This document shows, piece after piece, positions 49,995-63,381 of a stretch of 64,000 bases of DNA. A program made the translations under genes and the position numbers. Source of the DNA: Callorhinchus milii (taxonomy: Eukaryota). Where the stretch lies: assembly GCF_018977255.1 (NCBI RefSeq), contig NW_024704743.1:19780001-19844000 (forward strand), in the 5' to 3' direction. The stretch's first letter is position 1. Every line of letters starts with the position of its first letter. The notes below the pieces were generated by a model. It made no database searches and had not been told where the DNA came from. It was given only the letters and a program-made list of their open reading frames with translations.

Positions 49995-51784
49995 TGGTTT
50001 ACAATCACAGCTGGCTTTTGCTATCGGATTGTTTCATAGCTTGAAAACTCTAAACAAGAGGTCAGAAAGCAGGAATTTGGGAATCAATAATGTTTTCCTG
50101 ATTTCTTTTTAAAAAATAATAATAATCCTTGTGTTTGATATAGCCCATTTTACTCTCTGGAATCTGAAAGATGACTTAAAGGATTTCACAGGATATACTG
50201 AAACTATTTTGGCAAAAGCAAATTTCATAACAAACACTTTTCCAGTTTGTAAATATCATGTTTTCAACCTTGAGATCTGTTAGAAGGCTTGTTGAAACAG
50301 TAGTATTTTACATAAATTTTTAACTTTGATTTAGAACAGAACTAGCATTTTAATAATTTCTTTTCACATTGGGATGTAATAACTGTCAAGTGTAGTGTAA
50401 ATTACCAAGCAGTGGGACTTTGGTTTCCCTGTTCAGGTAGACGTTTTCGAAAAGAGAAGGGAATTTCTCCCATGGACCTGGCCAACAATCCTCCGAATAA
50501 AATTGGTCATTCACTTCATGCCTATTTGTGGGACATTCCTCTGTGAAAATTGGTTGCCACGTTGCCCATAAAAATTCTACAGCAACATTTGGGGATGTTT
50601 CAACAATGTGATATTAATAGCGAGGATTATTATTATTTATTTTTAAAAAACAAACAAAATTAACCTTTTTCTTTACCATTTTACAACACGATTCTACTTT
50701 CCAGTTTTTGGAGACCTTGTGCATAGACAAATCATTAGAGGAAAAAGATGATCATATTTTGAAATGTGTCTTGAAAGAGGGGAGGATGGGAGCAAGTCAG
50801 AGGGTATCCAGGGAGTGGGGCATAAAACCCATGTTCCAATGGTGAGGATAGGGCAGGGGATATGAAGCAGACCAATGCTCATTCAACAAAGCCAGTGGCT
50901 GGGTCAGTAGAGTTGACAGAGGTTGCAGTGGAGGAGCAAGACCATGGAGGGATTTAAAGGTGAGAACGAGGATCTTGAACTCAATCCAATGGGGCATGAG
51001 ATTTAAACAAACTGACTTCTTAAAAGATTGTTTTAATAGAAATACAATGTTTTAGTACCTGAAACAGTATCATAAATGTATAATTCATGAATTTGTTATG
51101 GGAAGAACTTAACTATCTTCCTATGTAGAGTCCCAAGTCTCTTGTCTATCTCTCTTTTATACATATCTATTAATTCCACCTGTACAGTTTTCTGGGGCAG
51201 ACCATTGCACATCTTCACAAACCTTTGTGGGAAGAGATGTTTCTTGACCTCATTTCTAATTGTCCTGGTCCTGGTTTTAAGGCTATGCCCCTTGCAATGT
51301 TCTGCTCAAAATTTCAGACTAGGGACTTGAAGCAAAAGACAGAGTACAGAAGCCAAATGGTCTTGAGATTAGCCATTGCTGCCAACATTCACTACTGTTT
51401 TGGGAAGAATGTTTTTTCTAACTAGTAGTTTATCTCATACAACAAAAAATGCATTGAAGCACATCTGTGCAGCCCTATAATTGTTTCAATTTTACAATGT
51501 ACAGATAAAACAAAAAACTTGCTTTATCAGGAGTCATAGACCAATGGAACAGTCATTACAGCACACTGAATATCAAGCACAGTGAAATGGAAAACTAATA
51601 TCAGCCCACATATGCGTGGAACATTCCTGCAGTATGGGTATTGCAGTTGTATTAATCTTGCACCCAGTAGGATTCATCCACACCAGATTCACTCCAGTAC
51701 AAATTGTACAGTATAATCATCGTTCTGTACTAGGAAAAGATCAGCTTTAGCCTTTATTCCAATCTCCTTTTACTGCTATAACTA

Positions 51785-52198
51785 TAATAACAATAATCTT
51801 CATATCTGATATAGCATCTTATGCAGAAAATGTCTTAAGCACTTTAGAGTTGGCTGTAAAATGACTGGGTATTTGTGGGTGAATGTGGCAGGTAATTTGC
51901 ACATAGCAATGTCCTACAAACAACCATAAAGTGGATGACCATTTTTTTATCCTGGTGTTTTGGTGGCAAGAGCAATTCCCTTTTGAATAATTCCATAGAT
52001 TCTAACAACCACTTGAACAGACAGACAGGACTTCAGTTTAATGTCTTTTCCAAGGGATTGAGTCTCTGACAATGCAGCTACCCTCCAAAATTGCCTTCAA
52101 TTTTAAACCGAGACTTTGAGCTCAAACTCTGGCATGGGTCTTGTAGCCACAACCTTGTAACTCAGAGATGAAATGCTATCAACTGAGCCAGGATGATG
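51785..52198 (-). mobile_element. SINE family B, diverged
   Basis: Tail, Deu-like core and head recognisable on the minus strand. Confidence 0.8.
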
Positions 52199-53946
52199 CC
52201 TAAACTATACAATAACAATAACTTGCATTTATATAGTGCCCTTTACGTGGGGTAGCGTCTCAGACTGCTTACAGTTTTATTCATCCAATACCAAGCCCAG
52301 AATAAGTGAGACTCACCTCAGAAATATATTAGGTGCCAATAGGTTTCACTATGTCAGGTCAATTTGCTCCTCATTTAAAACTCAGAAATATAAACCACGT
52401 TACATCATGCTGTGATCAGCTAGCATCCAGTGATTAAATGTATTGGGAAGGGCCTTATGGTAAACAGAACCTGGTGTGTGAACAAAACAGGCCCTTTCTT
52501 TTCTATGCTTTCTGTTGTGAACACAGCAAGAGGTGGAAGCTATTGATTCTGTCAAACCTGTCCTCACATTGGATACAGCGTCTTTCATGTCGGGGAGACC
52601 TCTCATATGCACTTCACAGAATATACTGTCAAATGTAGTGACAGTTTATTTGTAGGCAAATGTCGTGAGTGTATTAGATCAAGGCAGATTGTTTAATTCC
52701 ATATGCCTAACTTTCTCTGCATCACGTAATACTCTTACTTCCCAAGCATCCATCTATCTTCCTTTTAGATATCTCACCAATTTGATGGAATTAATAATGG
52801 CCTCTGTTGGAGTGCATTCACAACCCTTTGGGTGAAGAAATGTGTTTACAGCTTACAACAACAAGAGTTTTCTCCCATTAGCTTGAATTCAGGGTCCAGA
52901 GGTGAAGTTACATTTCAGGAGCCAACCTTCCTTTAGTCATAATTTCAATGCCAAGAATAGCCCCATTTGCCAATTCACTGATAAAGGTTACATCACATCT
53001 TCTAAAATCTTATTTTATAATTCATTCTAGAATTAATAATTAACTACCAGAGCTACAAATATTTCTTAACAAGAATCCTAGTATAATACAGGCATAATAG
53101 ATTTCTTACCAAAATATTTTTTAGTCACTTGTTAAAATTGAGCTGTGCATGTCCTGCAGAATGTTCCTTTCCTGCCACCTTGTGGTAGGGATAAAGAACT
53201 GGTCTCATTTATATCGGTCTTATTTGCTCTGCAAGAGATCTTATTAAAAAGGCATTGTGATAATAAATGAGAGGAATTCTCCCATGAGTTGCTGCTTTCA
53301 AGATTAAACATCCAAACACAAATGTAAAGACCTCATTCTCCAGCTGCTTGTAAAAGTCAAATTAAGGCTGAAATTGGAACCACTGTAAGGTGTTGCTTAT
53401 TTTACAATATAATTTACATGTGTATAGTGCCTTGCACATCGGGAGAATGTCTCAAACCACTTACACGTGAAAGGAGATATTGAATGTGACAGTAACTTCC
53501 AAAATTCTGCTAACATAATTGGGGAAAAAAATGCATTGCACCTGTTTGCTACAAAGTAAATCAAAGCCAGATGCTCAAAACACAAATTCAAATGTGTTGG
53601 CTGGAGAATATACAAGAGGACAAAATTCTGTCAGCAAGCTGGTAGCTAATTTTATTCAAGCCATTATAATATTAATAATCCTTGCACTTGATAGAGCACC
53701 GTATCACATTGTCGATGGGTAGTGACTGCATTTGCAGGAGGATGAGGTAGAATGATTAATTAAAGACAACGAGGAACAGATGAAATATTCAACCAGGGTC
53801 CATCTGTCTGTTCAGGTAGACGTTAAAAGAAAATGACACAGTTTAAATTTTATCCTTCACCATAAAATTAGCCATTCACCTCTGGCCTGCTTTTGGGAAC
53901 TTGTGTGCAAATTGGCTGCCACATTTGCCTACAAACACACAATAAC

Positions 53947-55421
53947 GTCAGTGACCTCTCTCCAACAACAGTATGCCAGGTTATCTCATAAACAGATTTT
54001 TTTGTCCCCCTTCTGGACTGCTATGATGTATTTGGACTCCGATCACGCATAGGGGCTGTGACCCAGGTTTACAGTAATTGCTGTAAAGTGCTTTAAAAAG
54101 TTTCAACAATATAAGCACTAAAGATTATGATGATGATGATGATATAAGAGGTTAATTTTCTGGCAATATCTTCACATGTTTGTAAAAATACTATAAACAA
54201 CAACAACAACTTGTATTTATATAGTACCCTTCACGTGGAATGGCACTTACACCTTTTTGTTAGCGATTCAAGAGGTTAAGAAAATAGGAAATGACATTGA
54301 GTTACAGCATCCCCAGGGGTGACAAGCTGAGTAGCGTAAATAAATTATTTTCTGTACAATATAAAAAGTGTGAACAGAAAGTGTCCAATTGGAAAATGTT
54401 TGCAACAAAGTTGCTGTGATTGTATTGCAGCAATATCCCACAAAAACCATGAAATGAATGGCCAATTTATGTGGAGAATTGTTGTCCAGGACATTGGGAG
54501 AAATTTCCTTCTCTTTTTCAAAAGTGGGATCTTTACCGTGCATCAGAACAGGCAGACAGGGCCCATATTTTAATGTCTCATCGGAAACATAGCACCTGTG
54601 ACACTGCAGTTCTCCCCACCGCAGCACTGGAGTATCTGGAGTCCAGAAGAGCCCAAAGCAACAACTTGGAGCTTGAACCCACAATCTTCTGACCCAGCAT
54701 TGAAGTGTGCTGCCAACTGCGCAAAGTTAACCCTCAAAAGGAAAGAGCTTTTTCAGTTTCCAAAAGAAAGTGCAATGAAACTCGTTCTTTCAGAAGACCT
54801 GTGAGTTCTGACATCTTTTAACCGCTCCAAGACTGTACCTCACATGAAGCTCATTATCTAAATGCAAGTTGTTATAGTATAGAAGATGTGGTTAAGTTAA
54901 CTTAAGGGGTGTACTTTAGATATACAGTATCTCCCAGTCAGAAAAATTGACTTGCAGCATAATTAACTGGAATTATAAGTTAGTATTTATTTTTACAACA
55001 AGAACAACAACTCTTCACAGTGGAGTATTTCACAATTAGGGTTCGGACACTGAGCAAAAGAGAAGGGAGAGGTGGAGGCAGGAAGGGAGGAGGTGAACAT
55101 AGACACAGTCGAAGATCTGGGGTTTAAAGCAGGATTTGAAGACATACAGAGGGGGCAAGGGAGAGGTGTACAGGAGGGAAGCTCCAGAAGTCTGGGGTGA
55201 GGGGGAGGGGGGGTTGAAATAAACAATTTGCTGATCTTAATTAAATGTCCATCTCACACTAGATTTGGTAGCCTCAAGAGAACATATGCAGTACTAGTGA
55301 TGTAAAAGTTTATTGTGAACCTGGGTCGGAGTCCAAATACATCGTAGCAGTCCAGAAGGGGGACAAAATAGTCTGCTTATGAGATAACCTGGCAGACTGT
55401 TGTTGGAGAGAGGTCACTGAC
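53947..55421. repeat. ~110-bp inverted repeat pair (53947-54073 and 55314-55421)
   Basis: gtcagtgacctctctccaacaacagt...ccccttctggactgcta.gatgtatttggactccga...cccaggtt.aca and its reverse complement. Confidence 0.9.
54380..54725 (-). mobile_element. SINE family B, diverged
   Basis: gaacaggcagacagggccc...gcagcactggagt...gcttgaacccacaatcttctgac. Confidence 0.75.
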
Positions 55422-55981
55422 TGATATGAACACTTGTATTATATTAATAAAAGGACAACAGAATGCTACTGGAGTGACATTTCAGTGATTGGCAAACTCA
55501 CCAGCCTTGTTTATAATGGGAATTCTTTCCACTGAACAATTGGGAACTTTTAAGATATCATATAGAAGCTGAACTCGCTAGTGATTTGAACCCACTGCAT
55601 TTGTAGTACAGTTGTGCAAAATCCACAGGGTGGTAAACGCAATGGGACACCAGTTCCAATTCATGAAACCTCCACATCAACTCACTGCATGAAAAAGGTT
55701 TTGCTTTAGTAGCACAGCTGTACTGATTTCTGATTTCTGACTAGTTGATATGACATCAATGTGCAATCGCGCTATGTGCTTTGCCCTGTCGATTTCTACA
55801 ATTCCTGGTTAACCTGGAACCTTATGCCAGCAGGACTCAGAAGATTGAAAGCCCATAAATTGTTCTAATGATCTGCAATAAAAGTTCTGTCGAAGACTTC
55901 GCTTAACAAAGGCACAGACATCCCTTCCACCTACAAGCTGCCAAAGTACAGAATGTAGAGGAGGAACTTAGCGTAAACCAC

Positions 55982-56164
55982 CTTAGGACTGAGGAAACAG
56001 TGAACTTCTTTTTGGAGAGAGTGATATAGTTTTAGAGTGAAGTGCCCGAGAAAGCCATGGATGAGAAACTGATTAAAGGGTTTGAGAAAGAGATAGAACT
56101 CTTGGAATTTCCATGTATAGGTGGGATACATGGAACGCTCAGTTTGGTGTGGATACACATGTAA
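55982..56164 (-). CDS. Candidate internal coding exon (183 nt): LHVYPHQTERSMYPTYTWKFQEFYLFLKPFNQFLIHGFLGHFTLKLYHSLQKEVHCFLSPK
   Basis: Acceptor tctttatttattcaaactttatatacag|TTA and donor AAG|gtggtt. Only one frame is open across it (phase 0-0), compatible with the 25912 exon. No homolog recognised. Confidence 0.3.
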
Positions 56165-56472
56165 CTGTATATAAAGTTTGAATAAATAAAGACAATTTTA
56201 TAATTTACAAACTCATTGACCATGTTTTCAATCGTTTTAACCCTCCCTGTTCCCTTCCACTATTGTGTTGAATGCTGTGAGCCATCCTCCTGATGTTATT
56301 GTAAATTGTATTGTAAATTGTACTAAAACTACCCCGCTTTGTGTTCACAAATAAAGATTACAAATTATAAAATTGGTATTTAGGTGAAAATACAAAATGG
56401 GCAATTATTTTAAATATTTCAATACAGTACAGAAGCGAGGAAGGCTATTCTGAAATGTTGACATTTACTTTG

Positions 56473-56630
<158 letters not shown>

Positions 56631-57789
56631 GTGGGTAAATGTTAACTGATCACAAGTCTAGATGCTGCAATTGCAAAGAGTTTACCTTTGATGGAATGCC
56701 TAATTTAAGTTGTCTGACAAACTTTCAACTGTTTGTCAGACTGAGCGAGTGCCAATGGCTCCAGTTAAAGTAAATCTAGTATTGAATGAAGCAGGTTGCA
56801 TTTGGTGACCAAGGTTCATCAGTTAAAGAGCTGTTGAAAGAAATCCATTGGTATGAAGCATTGCACTGAGAAGCAGCATCACCCATGTACTTACAGTTAC
56901 AGCATGGTATTTTGAACCAGTCAGGTTTCAAACACACTTCGAATTAACACATTAACAATAATGGAGGTGAGCTTACTCCATTTGCTAGGTTATTTGCAAG
57001 GGGAGAGGGAGTGGAACTATGACCAAAGACGCAGTGGAAAAGAAAGATCTTAAGACAAGCTTTAAATGTGGGGAGGAAGGGGGTGAGGTGGAGGGTCTCC
57101 AGGATGGAGTTCCAGAAGTGGGGGCAGATTGCCTGAAAGTTTATTCACCCACACAAAGTAGTTTGCTGAATGGAGGGTGCCAGCTGGATGGTAGGGTTGC
57201 AGGAGGCAGTGGCTGGTATTAATTAATGGAATATTGCTTAGTATTTTCCAAAACTGTGGGCTGCTTTTCATATGTAATAGTCATTTGATATTCTGCACCT
57301 GAGAAATGTATCACCATTTTTCAGCAGTCAACTTTTATTCAAAAACATTTCTGAACAGAACAATATTTTATATTTAGGACCGTGATAAGTGCTCAAACAA
57401 CTCTAACAGTTCATATTGGACTTATTGTCACCGCTACTTAACCCTGGCAGCAATGTTGTCATTAACTGTGTGGTGATCGCATGCAGTAGGTACATTACAG
57501 AACATTCAATGTGTTTTTAAATCTTATACAGCTGTGAAATTCAGCAGGGAGCTGTTCATAGGTATTTCACTGCCACCTGCAGACAATCAAAATAAGATTC
57601 AATTCTAGTTCCTCACACAAGAGCTGAGCCTGGTTCTTGAAAAATCAACCCAGAACAGGTAATTTAATATTTAAATAGTTTTCAATACATCAACTTCAAC
57701 ACTGAAATGCTTTTTGACTGTGCCTTCAGTCATCTTCCCCCCACCCTCACAATTTGTTGTTGTTGTTGTTCCAAGTTCCAAGCACTTCA

Positions 57790-58290
57790 ACATCTTTTTT
57801 CGTCCCTGGAAAAAGCCTGCCCCTTAGTACCTCACAAATGCCTTCTCTTCCTCGGACCTCTTCTCCCTCTGGCCCTCCCCACAGCGATCCTGATGCAGCC
57901 ATCAAGCTGCTGAATGACTGTCTCTCCTTTAATTCTCTAGCTCCCCTGAAATCCAGCGTTGTTTCCAAATCCACCCACTCCCACTGGTACAACAGTCATC
58001 TCCACTCATTCAAAACACAAAGCTGGACGTTTGAGTCCAGATGTCAGGGATCCAGCCTCACAATTCACTGCCATCTGTGACTCGAGCACCTCCGCACCTA
58101 TTGTCAAGTCATCTTGGAGGCCAAAAACAATGCAAAGATACTGTTTTCCACCTCCTCCAGCCCCACCTCCTTTGCTCTCCACCCTTCTTGATTCCAACCT
58201 TCCACCTCCTCCATGCACCCTCTCAAGCTCCCTCTATGCTGACATCAAACGGCAAGTGCGAAGAGGTCCTCCTAGACTTCTTCACCTCAA
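57790..58290 (+). mobile_element. Internal L2 ORF2 fragment (EN-RT linker)
   Basis: LNDCLSFNSLAPLKS..HSHWYNSHLHSFK, resembling the L2 'LAPL...PWY...LR.LK' region. Confidence 0.7.
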
Positions 58291-58837
58291 AACTGGCTGC
58301 TGTGTTTTGCCCACAAAATACATAGTCAATTCGCTTGATAGTATATTCTGTGAAGGCCGTTGAGACATCTCGAAGACATGGTAAGGCACTATATCAAATG
58401 CAAGGATTGTTTTTTACTATAATCATGTGCATTCAGGACACCTTTACACAAAATAGTATCAACATACAAAATGTAGAATTAAAATCAAGTACATGATGAT
58501 TGCTGCTTTATACAGTACATTTGGGCCTGCAGAACATTCAAATTTCTGAATGGCATTTCAAGTGGTATTTTCAATAAACGATCAAGTCCTATCATGCCTT
58601 TCTGGAACAGCTGCCGGGAACTAATGGGTATATGGAGCCTGATCCAACTTCAAACCTAGATATTTCAGTGAACAAAGAAACAAACAACAACAAACAAAAT
58701 TGCATTTATATAGCGCCTTTTATGTTGGGAGACATCCCAAGGCATTGGACAGTTTGCACGCAAGCTGAGGGTTGGAATCAAGAAGGGTGGAGAGCAAAGG
58801 AGGTGGGGGTGGGAAGATGACCAAAGGCACAGTTATA

Positions 58838-58988
58838 ATCATAGAATCATAGAATCGTACAGCACAAAAAGATGCCATTCGGCCCATCGAGTCTGTACCA
58901 GCTCTTTGAAAAGACCAATGTAATGTCAATCCCACTCCCCAGCCCTTTCCCCATAACCCTGCAGACCCGTCCTCCTCAAATACCCGTC
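58838..58988 (-). mobile_element. CR1-clade LINE 3' end
   Basis: atcatagaatcatagaatcgtacagcacaaaaagatgccattcggcccatcg, i.e. an (ATTCTATG)n tail on the minus strand. Confidence 0.85.
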
Positions 58989-59584
58989 CATAGGAAGGTC
59001 TGGGTGAATCAGGCAGGGCGGGGACATGGAGCAGGCCAGTGCCCGCTGAGCAGAGGGAGCGAACAGGCTGGTAAAGGTTTCAGTGAAGAATTAGACCACC
59101 TGCACTGTTCTAGCTTCCCCACTATACACTCTCATTTCCTTACCAGTGGAAACAAATTAATTTCCCCAATGAACAAGCTGAGCAGAGCAATCAGAGATGA
59201 TAGTGGATACCTTAAAAGTTGCAAGACTCTTTTAAAATTATCTAAATGTCAGTTTCTAGAGCATTTTTAAATTTTAAAAAATTATCCATGAACAATATGA
59301 AATAGTATTCCTGTGTCTGAGAACTGCAGTACCATCAGCTATCCTCCCAATGTGAAAGACACTATATAAATGTAAATTGCATTGTACTGTATGACCTCTC
59401 ATAACAGATGTTTATCCCCTACGAGTAGGATTCTGTGTGTTCTCACATCCCTAAACTAGTAAAGGTACGTGCCAAAGGTATTGTCCATTACTGATTAATT
59501 AGCACCTATTATTCTGTCAATTGGATAGTCATAAGACTTATGACTTGCTATTAAACTCTCTTCAAACGTGGGAGTCAATATTGC

Positions 59585-60010
59585 ATAACTACCTGTATTT
59601 GATATAGTGCCTTATCATGTCATTGAGATGTCTCAAAGCACTTTGCAGGATATACTGTAAAGAAGATTGACTGTGTATTTTGTAGGTGAAACGCGGCAGT
59701 CAGTTTGAGCTCAGAAATGTCTCACAAACTGCCATGGAGTGAGTGAATAATTTTATTTTGAAAGGATGGTTGGCCAGGACACCAAGAGAAACTCCCTTCT
59801 CTTTGCAAATAATGCACATCCACCTGAACAGGCTGATGGAACCTCGGGTTAACATCTCATCCGAAGGACAGCACCTCCGACAATGCAAAAGCACTGCATT
59901 GGAGCGTCAACTTAGACTATGTGATTCCGCGACACGACGTGGGGCTTGAACCCACAACCCACAAACTTCTGACTCAGAGGTAAGAGTGCTAAGACTGCGT
60001 CAAACTGACA
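59585..60010 (-). mobile_element. SINE family B, near full length
   Basis: Tail, Deu-like core (ggtgctgtccttcggatgagatgttaacccgagg) and head. Confidence 0.85.
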
Positions 60011-60989
60011 CCCAGGCTGCAGATAAAGCCAGTTAAACATGATAGCTAAAGCCAGCATATTTTGGATCAACCCTTCAATAGTTGCTGCTGTGAGACATAG
60101 TTGCTTTCAACTTCAATTCACTTCACAGAATATTCTGTGAAGCACTTTGAGACGTCTCGAAGACAAGAAGGCACTATATCAAATGCAAGGATTATTATTA
60201 TTTATTATTTGTTCTATACAGTTACAGCTACTCTATTTCTGGCACATGTAGCTTTCAGAGGTTTTCTGCACACTGTGATTATGTAGTGCTGGATGTAATT
60301 GGAGAGCAATGAGTGCAATACAATACACTCAAATAAAAGGACAAAACAGGGTTTCAAGTAGAATACAGAATTAATTGTATGTCAAAACTTAAATAAGCAT
60401 TAGTAAAAATATTCCAAATAGATTCTGGAGCATTACAGAAGATGGATTATAAATAGGTTCATATATTTATAAATAGTTCCTTGGGATGTCCTCCCAACAT
60501 GAAAGGCACTATATAAATGTAATTTTTGTTTGTTATAAAGGCTTATAATGAAGTTGGAACCTATGATTATTTTCACATTCAATCTCAGCGCTTGATAAAT
60601 TGTTCCATTATTCATATTTTCAACTGTAGCTAATGGGTTTCTATAGTTTCCTAGCTGCAACTTATTCACTTTTATGCATTTTTTTCTTGTTAATTTAATA
60701 GCAAATTTTTTACTGACTTCCAATACAGAAATCATAGAATCATAGACATTTACAGCACAGATGGAGGCCACTCAGCTCTCAAAGCAACGTGCTCTTTCAA
60801 TCCCACTGCTCTGCTTTATGTTCATACCACTTTAAGTCTGTGGATTTGCAGCAACATGAAACTATGGGCATGGCATACATCGAATATATTTAAGTATATT
60901 CATGTCATATGCAGTCAATACAGTTTACTAAGTCCCTACATAAAATATCATTTAACTTTAGTTCCAAGTTCCCTCTTATGTATCCCACC

Positions 60990-61487
60990 AACAATACAAA
61001 TACAAAATACAATGCAACACAAATTACAATACAAATTACATTTGTGTAGCGCTTTTCATGTCGGGAGAACGTCCCAAGGTCCTGGATAGTCAGGGATTTG
61101 GAACCAAGCTGGAGCTCGGGATCAGGAAGGGTGGAGGGCAGGTAAGGTAGGAGGTTGGCCGAAGGCTCGGGTGAAGAGGAAGGTTTTGAGATGCGCTTTG
61201 AAGGAAGCAAGGGAGGGAGTGAGGCAAAGGAATGTGGGATGGAGTTCTATAGGGTGGGGGCAGACAGGCTGAGGGTTGGGTGAGGGACGTGGAGCAGGTC
61301 AGAGCCTGCTGAGCGGAGGAAGCGGACAAGTTGATATGGGGTCAGCAGGTTGCAGAGGTAGGGAGGGGCAAGTTCGTGGAGGACCTTGAAGGCGAGAACA
61401 AGGATTTTGAACTCTATCCTCTGGGGGATGGGGAGCCAGTGGAGCCGGGAGAGGGTGGGGGTGATGGGGTCATGGAACCTGGTGCGA
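60990..61487 (-). mobile_element. L2 3' fragment with long (attgt)n-type tail
   Basis: LHWLP.PQRIEFKIL motif region and L2 stem-loop. Confidence 0.85.
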
Positions 61488-61639
61488 AATACACTTCCAT
61501 TCCTATATTAATACCAGTCTCAGATGGCGATCAGAGAAGGGGATATGACAAGAAATTGCAGGTGCACGACCCACATCAGGACTTTAAACTCATAGCCTAG
61601 GCTAACCCTCCTGCAGAATGTTGGAGAAGAGCTACATTG

Positions 61640-61910
61640 CGATTGAAGGGGGTAAATTCAGAATGAATCTACTCAAACACTATTTCAGTGAGCGAATAGT
61701 GAACCTGCGGAACAGGCTCCCTAGGAAGACATTGAAACAGGAAGTCTTGATTCTTTCAAATACAGATTAGATAGTTTTCTTTTAGGAAATAACATTATGG
61801 GATATAGTACATAGGTAGTTTGGGACATATGTGCATGTGACCGCCAGAAAGGTAGAAGGCGAACTAGATGGACCTTGGCCTTCTTTTATCTAGCATTTCT
61901 TATGTTCTTA
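61640..61910 (+). mobile_element. CR1-clade LINE 3' end
   Basis: KHYFSERIVNL.N.LP motif; ends ttcttatgttctta. Confidence 0.8.
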
Positions 61911-62624
61911 GGAGGTGCCATCCTTTTGATGAGATTTTAAACTAAGATCATATATGCCTCTTCAGATGGGTGTTAACCATCCCATGACACTATTCAAATA
62001 GGGAATAATAATACATTATTATTAAAAAATACATTCCATATTCTGACACTGAAGCTCCCACCAGTAACAAACATCCTCCAGCAGAGCAAATCTTAACAAA
62101 CCTGCAAATTTCTTATTTTTAAAATATTCACACAGATCGTTGGTTTTGCACTCTTACCTTCTGGCTCTGTTAGAGATAGGTCTAGCAACCTACTGCATGT
62201 TTATTGGGAAATTTAGAGTTGATTTATTAGTCTATTCAATCTCAGGCGTATTGAGCTCAGAAGGATAGTTTATTAGTTTGCTCTCTGGACAGCTGCCTGG
62301 CCATATATAAAGTACTTGTAGAAGCTGACGAATGCAGAGTTGAATTTGACGTGTGATTGCCCTGCTTCTCATTAATTGTATTTTACTGAGATAATGATGT
62401 TGGCGCTCTGCTGGTGTTCACAGTCGGAAAGTCAATAACAAGCTAGGCTCCTTTTCCACGCTCATGATATTTTCTTCACACAATATAATTTACATTTATA
62501 TAGCAGCTTTCATGTCGGGAGGACATCTCAAAGTGTTTAAATCATGAACTGAATTAACAGCTTTGTCCTATGATGACGAAGGTATCAACTTTGCTTCAAG
62601 TTTAAATAAGCAGAAGAAGTAGAA

Positions 62625-63381
62625 GAAGAATTCTTGTATTTAGTATAGTGCCTTTCACATCAGGAGGATGTCCAAAAGCGTTTCACAGGATTCATTGTAA
62701 AGTGGAGTGACTTTTGTCTTTGTGGGTGAACGGGGCAACCAGTTTTGCATATGACAACGTCATACAAACAACCATGGAGTGAATGAACAATTTTATTTGG
62801 GGGATTGTTGGCCAAGACATTAGGAGAAACTTCCTTCTCTTTTTAAATAGTGGCTAGGATTTTTAGTGTCCACCTGAACAGGTGGATGAAGGATGGCACC
62901 TCCAGCAGTACAGCACACCCCCAGCAGCGCATTGGAGTGTTACTAAAACTATACGAATTCCAAGTCCCGACATGGGGCTTGAACATTCTGACTCAGAGGC
63001 GGGAGGAGGGTTGCAATTCCAGGAATCTTGATGCTGGGATCCCGGGATCTCATATGGTAATAGTGCTCCCCAAATCCTGGGATTCATTGAAGAGAATGCT
63101 GGGATTTGCAGATTGTATAAAGGCTGAGTCTGGACAGAAGGGAAGGACAGGTCTTCCTGCTAAGCTGTTGAGAAGGAGCCATTGGGATCAGACAAGTGGG
63201 TGTTTAATCCTCTCAGGCGTCCTCCCCTCCAAGGGATGCACTCTTTGAGGTATCCCATTGCTGTGGAGAACAACCACAGACTTTCTGGATAAGGTAAAAT
63301 TGGGGAACCAGTATCCCAGGATTTGGGACATTAAAATGCCCCAAATCCCCAGGTGTGCTACCAACCAACCCAGGGCTGACA
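62625..63381 (-). mobile_element. SINE family B with an insertion in its head
   Basis: Body at 62625-63003; head resumes at 63354-63381 (gtgctaccaacc..cagggctgaca). Confidence 0.8.
63007..63353. mobile_element. hAT-like DNA transposon remnant nested in SINE B
   Basis: Starts agggttgcaattcc and carries repeated atcccgggat/atcctgggatt subterminal-type motifs; right end not evident. Confidence 0.45.

Noticed and set aside
59527..59545. 19-bp palindrome agtcataag-a-cttatgact
   Set aside because: Isolated short palindrome that can occur by chance or local duplication; no context
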